In this document: positions 54,182 to 61,448 of the stretch, piece after piece
Layout: every line of letters starts with the position of its first letter
Position numbering within the stretch: position 1 is the first letter of the stretch
DNA from: Candidatus Moraniibacteriota bacterium
GTDB lineage: Bacteria > Patescibacteriota > Minisyncoccia > Moranbacterales > GCA-2747515
Reading direction: 5' to 3'
NCBI GenBank assembly: GCA_947311515.1
Contig: CAMZLB010000025.1
Span: forward strand, 1-61,448
Length of the DNA: 61,448 nucleotides
Made by a program: the position numbers and the translations under genes
The notes under the pieces: model-generated
The model's database searches: none
What the model saw: the letters and a program-made list of their open reading frames with translations, nothing else
Told to the model about the DNA's origin: nothing

Positions 54182-57100
54182 TTATAACATCGTAACTCTT
54201 TGCACTTCCTCCAATGTCGTTGTTCCTTGCACAACCTTTAGTGCAGCATCTTGTTCCATAGTGAGCATACCTGACTCTATAGCAGATTCCAATATTTCGG
54301 AAAGCATAGCACCTTGCGAAATTAATCTTCTAATAACATCATTCATCACAAATACCTCTGAAATAACACTTCTACCTTTAAAGCCTATACCGTTGCATTT
54401 ACTGCATCCATTTGCTTTGTATAACATATCAACCAATTGCACATCTATATCAACCTTTTTAGAAATACTTTTTAAAACCCTGTCCAATAATTCCTGCTCT
54501 TCTTTTGATGGTTTGATTTTTTCTTTACAGGAACATAATTTTCGCACCAATCTCTGTGCAATAAATGCATTTACCGATGTTATTATATCATCAGTTCTAA
54601 CTCCTAGATTTATAAGTCTTTGTATTGCACCAACTGCATTGTTTGTGTGTAATGTTGATAACAGTAAATGACCAGTCAAAGAAGCATCTACTGCAATACT
54701 AGCCGTTTCATTATCACGAATTTCACCAATAAGTAATATATCTGGATCTTGACGAAGTAATGCACGAAGAGCCTTTGCAAAAGTATATCCTTCTTCTTTA
54801 TTAATTTGTGTTTGCAGTATTCCATTTAATTGATACTCTATAGGATCTTCTACAGTTATTATTTTTACACTCGGTTTATTCAATTTATTTAAAATACTAT
54901 ACAATGTTGTAGTCTTACCTGAACCAGTTGGTCCAGTGTTCAGAATCATTCCATAAGGCTTTTCTATCTCCTTTATGATTCTGTGCATATTATATTCTCT
55001 AAAGTCCAATTTTGTTATATCAAGTGCTGTATTTTTCCTATTTAAAATACGCATCACGACAGTTTCACCAAATCCCCCAAGTATAATTGAAACACGTATA
55101 TCCATTCTATTATTCTTTTCTCCTTCAATTTCTTGAGTTATGGAAAATCTACTATCTGAAACACCTTGCCTAATCATTGTTTGAATATTGGATAAATCCT
55201 TTATTTTACTGATTAAAATTGGATATCTTTTTAATGGAATAGTTGCAATTGTTTGAAGTACTCCATCAATCCTCATTCTAATCAAAACTTCATTTTGTTG
55301 TGGTTCTATATGAACATCACTACTTCTAAGAAGTAGTCCGTATGAAAAAATAAGTTGCAATAAATTATTATTATCTATATTTTTTATTCTATCCAAAATG
55401 CTATTTTTATTTTCAGAATTTTCTATTGCAATATTTTGATTTTCTAAATTTATAAAAATATTACTAGATAGCAATTGTGAAGTTAACTTATCATATAATT
55501 CACCAATAATATCACCCTCGGAAGTAACTCTCCATATTTCATCGAGTGACGTAATTCCATTTAATGATTTAATAACTCCATCCTGCGTCATAGTAACAAA
55601 TCCTTCTTCAAAAGCAGTCTTCATCATTTCAGTTTCACCTGCCATATTTAAAATCAATTCTTCAATCTCTGGACTAATCGAAAAAACTTCAAAAATACCT
55701 ATTCGCCCCTTATATCCAGTGCCATGACACAAATCACATCCCTTAGGTCTATATAGTAATTCTATTTCAGTAGGAATATTCATTTTTGCTTTAGGAGATA
55801 TAAGACCAATCATTCTCATTATAGAATCCTTTGTCTCTTGTGCAGGAACATAAGACTCCTTACAAGAGCATAGTTTTCGAACTAATCTTTGAGCCATAAA
55901 TATGTTTGTAGCTGGAGAAATTAGAGTCGGTCTAATTCCTAATTCTGTCAATCTAGCTATAGTTGCTATTGCATTATTTGTATGTAGCGTAGAAAACACT
56001 AGATGCCCTGTTAAAGCTGCATTAACAGCAATATCAGCAGTCTCATCATCACGAATCTCACCAACTAATATAATATCAGGGTCTTGTCTTACTATAGCCC
56101 TCAATCCTTTGGCAAAAGTAAAATTTTTATTTTTAGAAATTTCTGTTTGCACTATCCCGTCTAATTGATATTCTATAGGATCTTCAATCGTTATAATCTT
56201 TACTTCTTCTGATTTAATGTGATTTATTATAGTATACAAAGTCGTAGTTTTACCAGAGCCTGTTGGTCCTGTTGTAAGAATCATTCCAGTATTTTTTTGA
56301 ATACTTTTAGACACATCATCAAAAGCTTTTCCCTCTAATCCAAGGTCATAAATTGATACATTTATACCTCTACTATCCAAAAGACGCATAACTATACCCT
56401 CCTTTTTTCCTGGAATAATGGAAACACGTACATCCATATCTACCTCATTTACTGTAAATGAAAAATGTCCATCTTGAGCTTTGTCTCTAACATTAATTCT
56501 CATTTTACCCATAAGTTTAATACGTGAAACTATCAATTTATATATTCTAAATGATATATGTATCACATCGCGAAGCACTCCATCTGTCCTATACCTAAGT
56601 CTTACTTCTTCTCTCTCTGGTTCAAAATGTATATCACTTGCACCTAAAGAAACCGCTCCTGCAAAAATTATATCTAATATTTCAGTAGTTGGTAGTGTAT
56701 TTATACTATTATTTAATTTTAATAATCTTCCAAGTCCTTGTTCGAATTTTTCCAAATCACTTCCAGATAAATTAATTTTAATAGCATCTAATGTCTCCAA
56801 TAAAAATACATTTTCATATTGACTAAGTGCATGCTCCAATGATGATGGCGACACAATTACAACACTTACCTTCCAACCAAGATTTTCCTCCATGTTATAA
56901 ATAAACTCCAAGAAATTTTCTGTTGATGGGTTAGAAGTTGCTATTTTTACACGCTTACCACTTGAATGTATGATTGCAGCCCTTGCTTTTCTAGAAACTT
57001 CTTCCTTAAGCTTATACAAATCATCCACATTTAATGGTATTATGTGTAAATCTAGATAAGGAAGTCCTAATTCTTCAGCAAATCTAGCAGCATGTTCCTC

Positions 57101-57193
57101 TTCACTTTTTGACTTTAATTTATCTAATCGAATTTCTATTTCATCCGAATGACGCTTTTTAGATTTTTCTTGTGATTCAATTACGAGTGGCAT
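54182..57193 (-). CDS. pilB: Tandem-fused double GspE/PilB-type secretion ATPase (T2SSE_N domain + two complete ATPase modules)
   Basis: 1003 aa. Module 1 has GASDIHFEP, GPTGSGKTTTLY, IITIEDPIEYQ, RQDPDIILVGEIRD, TGHLVFSTLHTN and CSC...GCDLCHGTGYKGR. Module 2 repeats every motif: SSDVHIEP, GPTGSGKTTTLY, IITVEDPIEYQ, RQDPDILLIGEIRD, TGHLLLSTLHTN and CSC...GCSKCNGIGFKGR. Confidence 0.85.
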   Translation of the reverse strand: MPLVIESQEKSKKRHSDEIEIRLDKLKSKSEEEHAARFAEELGLPYLDLHIIPLNVDDLYKLKEEVSRKARAAIIHSSGKRVKIATSNPSTENFLEFIYNMEENLGWKVSVVIVSPSSLEHALSQYENVFLLETLDAIKINLSGSDLEKFEQGLGRLLKLNNSINTLPTTEILDIIFAGAVSLGASDIHFEPEREEVRLRYRTDGVLRDVIHISFRIYKLIVSRIKLMGKMRINVRDKAQDGHFSFTVNEVDMDVRVSIIPGKKEGIVMRLLDSRGINVSIYDLGLEGKAFDDVSKSIQKNTGMILTTGPTGSGKTTTLYTIINHIKSEEVKIITIEDPIEYQLDGIVQTEISKNKNFTFAKGLRAIVRQDPDIILVGEIRDDETADIAVNAALTGHLVFSTLHTNNAIATIARLTELGIRPTLISPATNIFMAQRLVRKLCSCKESYVPAQETKDSIMRMIGLISPKAKMNIPTEIELLYRPKGCDLCHGTGYKGRIGIFEVFSISPEIEELILNMAGETEMMKTAFEEGFVTMTQDGVIKSLNGITSLDEIWRVTSEGDIIGELYDKLTSQLLSSNIFINLENQNIAIENSENKNSILDRIKNIDNNNLLQLIFSYGLLLRSSDVHIEPQQNEVLIRMRIDGVLQTIATIPLKRYPILISKIKDLSNIQTMIRQGVSDSRFSITQEIEGEKNNRMDIRVSIILGGFGETVVMRILNRKNTALDITKLDFREYNMHRIIKEIEKPYGMILNTGPTGSGKTTTLYSILNKLNKPSVKIITVEDPIEYQLNGILQTQINKEEGYTFAKALRALLRQDPDILLIGEIRDNETASIAVDASLTGHLLLSTLHTNNAVGAIQRLINLGVRTDDIITSVNAFIAQRLVRKLCSCKEKIKPSKEEQELLDRVLKSISKKVDIDVQLVDMLYKANGCSKCNGIGFKGRSVISEVFVMNDVIRRLISQGAMLSEILESAIESGMLTMEQDAALKVVQGTTTLEEVQRVTML

Positions 57194-57277
57194 AATTTTT
57201 TTATTAATCGTGTATATCTATTTTACCACATATAAACAATAATAAAAAAATATTATTCAAAAAAGTTTGGATATTTA

Positions 57278-58390
57278 CTACACACTTAGAATTTCAACAA
57301 TTTTTTCCCTACCTTTTTCTACTGTATCAACATCTAGTACTATGTAATTTATATCTGATTCAGATACAGCTAATTCTACTACAATACCGCCAGTTTTTGA
57401 TGTATCTATCATAGCCTTTATTTTATCTTTTTCCTCATAGATTATCACAAACACCTTTCCTGATGATTGATTTTGTTTAATCTTTTCTATTAAATTTGAT
57501 AAATATTGTACACCAGTCCCCGTTTTTTTGAAATCGGTTTCAGAAAGTGTAGTGGTTATGATTGACTCATCTACTGTTTTTTGTAAATTTTTTAAAGCAC
57601 GTCCCCATAGCTTAATAAATCCAATAGATTGAGTCTTATAAAGATTTATAATTATATCTTGCTGATTTGCTCCAGCGTCTATCATATCACCTGCATAAGA
57701 AAGTGCTTTTGGTGTCGTTCTTTGTGATCGAAAACTGTCAGTTGCAACAATAATACCACATAGAAAACATTGTGCAATTTTAGAATCTAAAATATTTTCA
57801 AATTCATTTTCAAACAAATTAAGAACAACCTCTGATACTGATGAACTAGTTAACTTTACAATATTTAATTGTCCAATATTTTCATTAGAGCTGCTATTAT
57901 CAATATTTATAATAGGAATGTCAAAAAAAATATCAGGCATGCTTTTGAATATCCCACCAGAAGATTCCTTATTATTCAGTCCTATTGCAATCATTAAGTC
58001 ATAGGGGAAATCAGCAAGACCAAAGGAGAAGTCTCTAGAATCTATTATTCCTTTTTCAGGAGTTATTTTTATATTCAATTTATCCTCTAATTCTTCAGTT
58101 TTAACATTTATTATTTTATTATGTTTCGTTTTAAATGTAACAATAAAATCACGTGAACCACTAAGGGTATCAATCACCTTTTCTGGAGTAGGAAGGAATG
58201 AATATAATTTTGCAGATTGACTTGGATTAGAAAATGCAACAGTCACATTTAAGCCGACTTTTTCCAATAAGTGCGCTAAACCAAAACCAGCTCCAATTTC
58301 ATCACCATTTGGATTTTCTGAAAGAACTATTAAAATATCTTTATTAGAATTTAATAATCTTTCAAATTGCTCTTGTTTTGTCATGGACAT
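57278..58390 (-). CDS. DHH-superfamily (NrnA-like) protein with substituted catalytic motifs
   Basis: Architecture and spacing resemble NrnA, but motif I reads SENPNGDEIGA, motif III reads IDNS instead of IDHH, and motif IV reads ATDSFR. Start taken at the ATG at 58390. Confidence 0.55.
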   Translation of the reverse strand: MSMTKQEQFERLLNSNKDILIVLSENPNGDEIGAGFGLAHLLEKVGLNVTVAFSNPSQSAKLYSFLPTPEKVIDTLSGSRDFIVTFKTKHNKIINVKTEELEDKLNIKITPEKGIIDSRDFSFGLADFPYDLMIAIGLNNKESSGGIFKSMPDIFFDIPIINIDNSSSNENIGQLNIVKLTSSSVSEVVLNLFENEFENILDSKIAQCFLCGIIVATDSFRSQRTTPKALSYAGDMIDAGANQQDIIINLYKTQSIGFIKLWGRALKNLQKTVDESIITTTLSETDFKKTGTGVQYLSNLIEKIKQNQSSGKVFVIIYEEKDKIKAMIDTSKTGGIVVELAVSESDINYIVLDVDTVEKGREKIVEILSV

Positions 58391-58861
58391 AAGTTCAAAT
58401 CTATCAACTAAGTAATAAATAATATTACCAAGTATAAAGACTAATGTCAAGAAAATGCCAAATTGATACTTGAGTTAAATTAGAATTTTCATAAACTCCA
58501 TAAAATACATTCGTGGCAACCTAACTATTAACAATATAAATATCCAAAACACACTTTTGCTATATTTTATACTCGTCTCTTATCTATTTTGATACCTTAT
58601 AAAGATTCTTTAAATTTTTCTATTTTATTAATATTTATAACACCATTCAAATACATTCTTACTACTATTACAAAACCTGAATTATAGTATCTATAAACAT
58701 ATTACAAATAGCTTACAAGCAATTCCATACACACCTCAACCTTATCATGATAACTTTCTTCTTTCGATTTCATGACTTATTTTCAATTAGATTTTGCAAG
58801 TTGCACAAAAAATCTAATCAATAGATTAAGTAGAAATTTCAATTTAAATATAAAAATTTTA

Positions 58862-59605
58862 TTATTTCCTTATCAATTCTATATTTCTTATAACTACATC
58901 TTTCATAGGCTTATCAGCAAATCCTATCTCTACATTTTCAATATCACTAACTATATTCATTCCGTTTGTTACTTGTCCAAAAAGTGAATAAGATGGTGGT
59001 AAACTAATACCATTATCGCCTGATACTATAAAAAATTGACTACCATTTGTATCAGGCCCTGCATTTGCCATAGCTATTGAACCAAGTTTATACTCTCCTG
59101 CATTTGGAAGTTCGTCTTCAAATTTATATCCAGGTCCTCCAGTTCCAGTTCCAGTTGGATCACCTCCTTGAATCATGAACCCCTTTATAACTCTATGAAA
59201 AATAACATTATCATAAAATCCTTTGTCTGCAAGTGTACAAAAATTTGAAACAGTTATTGGTGCCTTTTCTGGAAATAGCTCTAATTCTATAGTTCCTAGA
59301 TTTGTTACAATGTTAGCTCCTTTACAATTTTCTGCAAATTTCATATCTATTTGCTCTGGTACATTACTCATATTTTTTTTATTAATTAATTTATTATCTA
59401 TCTTATTTATTGCATCTTGAATTTCTTCATTTCGTGTATCTACTAATTTTTCAACATTCTTTGCTTTTTTGTGAGCATTTCCCAAAACTTCTATATATCC
59501 ACTTGACTTTTCTTCTTTTTTTTCAGTAACTTCTGTTTCTGTGTCGCTACATCCACTAAAGATTACTACTCCTACTAATACAGCAATAGCATAAAACCTA
59601 TTCAT
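58862..59605 (-). CDS. Cyclophilin-type peptidyl-prolyl cis-trans isomerase, predicted lipoprotein
   Basis: Lipobox VIFSGC. Cyclophilin core FHRVIKGFMIQGGDPTGTGTGGPGY ... SIAMANAGPDTNGSQFFI. Confidence 0.85.
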   Translation of the reverse strand: MNRFYAIAVLVGVVIFSGCSDTETEVTEKKEEKSSGYIEVLGNAHKKAKNVEKLVDTRNEEIQDAINKIDNKLINKKNMSNVPEQIDMKFAENCKGANIVTNLGTIELELFPEKAPITVSNFCTLADKGFYDNVIFHRVIKGFMIQGGDPTGTGTGGPGYKFEDELPNAGEYKLGSIAMANAGPDTNGSQFFIVSGDNGISLPPSYSLFGQVTNGMNIVSDIENVEIGFADKPMKDVVIRNIELIRK

Positions 59606-59713
59606 AATTTATTTTATTTATTTTTTAAACAATATTCAACTTAAAGAATGTCTATAAAGCTTCTAAAAAATTATTAAAATTGAATATGTATATATAATAC
59701 AAAAAAATATACT

Positions 59714-60133
59714 TTATTGCAACATTACAAAACGTCCACGCTCATGCCAACTAAATGAAATATTTTTTGAATACTCTGGAATGCTACTTTGAATTTGTTC
59801 AGGCCATTCTATTAAAATCAAGCTATTTGAATCATTTATCATATCCGAAAAACCAATACTATCTGTATCTTGACTAGAAATTCTATAAGCATCTATGTGA
59901 TATATAGTTTTAATATTTTTATTATTTAAATCATATTGATTTACAATAGTAAATGTTGGACTAGTAAAAGGACCTATGGCACCAAGACTTTTAAGAATTC
60001 CTTGTACAAAAGTAGTTTTTCCAGTACCTAGATCACCTGTAAATGTGTAAATCTCTCCGCCAGTAATATTACTTGCAACCTTACCTGCCAAATCATACAT
60101 TTCCTCAATATTTTTCAAAAAGTAATTTTTCAT
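59714..60133 (-). CDS. tsaE: tRNA t6A37 biosynthesis ATPase TsaE
   Basis: FTGDLGTGKTTFVQG P-loop, ...HIDAYR..., 139 aa. Confidence 0.85.
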   Translation of the reverse strand: MKNYFLKNIEEMYDLAGKVASNITGGEIYTFTGDLGTGKTTFVQGILKSLGAIGPFTSPTFTIVNQYDLNNKNIKTIYHIDAYRISSQDTDSIGFSDMINDSNSLILIEWPEQIQSSIPEYSKNISFSWHERGRFVMLQ

Positions 60134-60170
60134 ATGTATATATTATGATAAAATAGTTCAAAAATCAAAT

Positions 60171-61448
60171 TTACTTCAAAAAGTTCACTGTATAATTAGG
60201 CAAGTAATCTTTTTCATAATTTATTTTTATATCAATTATATGATATTTTTTTTGACTCTCCTCACGTTGAAAAAAATTTAATGTATAAAATTTACCAAGT
60301 AATGAATTCATATAATTAAAAACCTTATTAAAGAAACTTCTATCCTCATTAAGATAAACATTATCCGAAGTTTCTTTGTTTTTCATCAATAACTTTATAC
60401 GATCTTTTTCATTATCATTAGCTAACGCGGATAAGACTATATCTTTACTAATAAATTCAGAAAGCTCCCTTTGTTTTTCTGAGTTAGTGATTATCTGTGG
60501 AATTTCCCAAATCCAACCTCTTTCTGTTTTTTTATATACACCTCCAGATGGAATTGATAAATTTTCATTATAATTATATTCTTTTTTATAAACAGCCTCT
60601 CCGTCTGGTGCTCTAAGCTCTACTACACCACCTTTATTTGGCAAAGATATTGCACTATATTTAGTATAAATTTTCTTTATTTTTCCAGATTTCAACTTAA
60701 AATCTTTTCTAATTGGATGATTAACTAAATGTTTTTTATCTTTTCCTGTAGCTATACTCCAATCATCAAATTTTATAGTTTTTTTTGATTTATTTTTAAT
60801 TATTATATATTCATTTCCAGAGTCTCTTCCTTTTGGATTTGCTGAGATCTCTATTATATTTACATTATAATTTGGATAATTTTCTACATTCACCCTAAAT
60901 GTTTTTATAATTTCTTCTACATCATTACTTATTTTTATGGAACATTTATATAAACCATTTCTTTTATACTTATGAATTGTTTTTCTTTTGTAGCTCTTTT
61001 TTCCATCTCCGAAGTCCCATCTATATTTCAAGTCATCCTCACTAAAATTACTTTTTACTGAAAATTTTGATTTTACATTTTTATAAATTTCTTTATCAAA
61101 TTTTAATTTTGAAATCATCAATTTTTTCTCAAATATATTTTTTTTATTTGGAGTTAAAATTTTACTAAATCTCCATTCAAAACCATTCCATCCATAAGAA
61201 ATATTCTTTTTTGCCAATTTATAGCTCACACTAGACTTTTCTATTCCATTAGGGTCTGTCAAAACAACTACTTCTCCACCTGAATTATTAAGTGCAAATT
61301 TAAATTCATCTTTTTCAATAAGATAGTAACTTTTAGCTTTAATTACAGAATTATCATCAAATACATATTTACCATTCTTTGACGAGTCTCTAAGAATCCA
61401 ATCTTTTAAATCTACCTCAAAATCATTTGGATTATAAAGTTCTATAAA
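60171..61448 (-). CDS. LTD-PKD-LTD multidomain protein (5' end outside the window)
   Basis: Hand translation shows the frame stays open to the window edge (FIELYNPNDFEVDLKDWILRDSS... = lamin-tail domain). PKD-like YRWDFGDGKKSYKRKTIHKYKRNGLYKCSI follows. A second LTD reads VNIIEISANPKGRDSGNEYIIIKN...GGVVELRAPDGE. The track 'start' at 61262 is an internal TTG. Confidence 0.7.
   Translation of the reverse strand, partial: FIELYNPNDFEVDLKDWILRDSSKNGKYVFDDNSVIKAKSYYLIEKDEFKFALNNSGGEVVVLTDPNGIEKSSVSYKLAKKNISYGWNGFEWRFSKILTPNKKNIFEKKLMISKLKFDKEIYKNVKSKFSVKSNFSEDDLKYRWDFGDGKKSYKRKTIHKYKRNGLYKCSIKISNDVEEIIKTFRVNVENYPNYNVNIIEISANPKGRDSGNEYIIIKNKSKKTIKFDDWSIATGKDKKHLVNHPIRKDFKLKSGKIKKIYTKYSAISLPNKGGVVELRAPDGEAVYKKEYNYNENLSIPSGGVYKKTERGWIWEIPQIITNSEKQRELSEFISKDIVLSALANDNEKDRIKLLMKNKETSDNVYLNEDRSFFNKVFNYMNSLLGKFYTLNFFQREESQKKYHIIDIKINYEKDYLPNYTVNFLK

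Overview
AT-rich bacterial chromosome segment, roughly one-third G+C or less by eye (not computed). It uses the standard genetic code: TAA, TAG and TGA all terminate ORFs, and rpoB and rpoC are uninterrupted. Several hallmarks point to a small-genome CPR/Patescibacteria-type organism, though the taxonomy is an inference: arrays of T4SS-pilin-like paralogs, an LTD/PKD surface protein, a VanW protein and tightly packed housekeeping strings.

Layout:
- 0.3-10 kb: envelope-glycan and housekeeping genes (GT4-like, rtcB, tmk, Wzx-like flippase, valS, CPBP protease, GT2, NDP-sugar dehydrogenase).
- 10.2-14.1 kb: rluD-like gene, then secE-nusG-rplK-(small ORF)-rplA.
- 14.3-17.3 kb: RsmC-like methyltransferase, VanW, Hsp20.
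- 17.5-26.7 kb: accessory island. It holds three tandem, diverging cassettes of an uncharacterised membrane module. Each cassette encodes a multi-TM SPFH/Band-7-like protein plus a TM-anchored, poly-Ser-linked unknown domain, and has a conserved promoter, leader and terminator. Convergent to these is an array of five TrbC/VirB2-like 'T4SS pilin' paralogs, one of them an internal double.
- 27.6-36.5 kb: DEAD-box helicase, rpoC and rpoB on the minus strand.
- 37-39.3 kb: Mrs2-type CorA and a poly-Lys tandem-repeat lipoprotein.
- 39.4-48.2 kb: one long minus-strand biosynthetic string (ispE-ispF-ispD, proC-proB-proA, gdh, argH, argG).
- 49.7-61.4 kb: tRNA-Ser(GGA), ispG, YraN, beta-CASP MBL nuclease, rhodanese, a tandem-fused double GspE/PilB ATPase, a degenerate DHH protein, cyclophilin lipoprotein, tsaE and a partial LTD-PKD-LTD protein.

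Most interesting:
- The triplicated SPFH-like/unknown-domain module. Two copies are interrupted only by in-frame TAG codons, yet remain open downstream.
- The conserved structured leader and uORF of that module.
- A candidate Arg-codon leader-peptide attenuator in front of argG.
- A ~150-bp MITE-like repeat family.
- The fused double PilB ATPase.

All family assignments rest on motifs read by eye; no database search was run.
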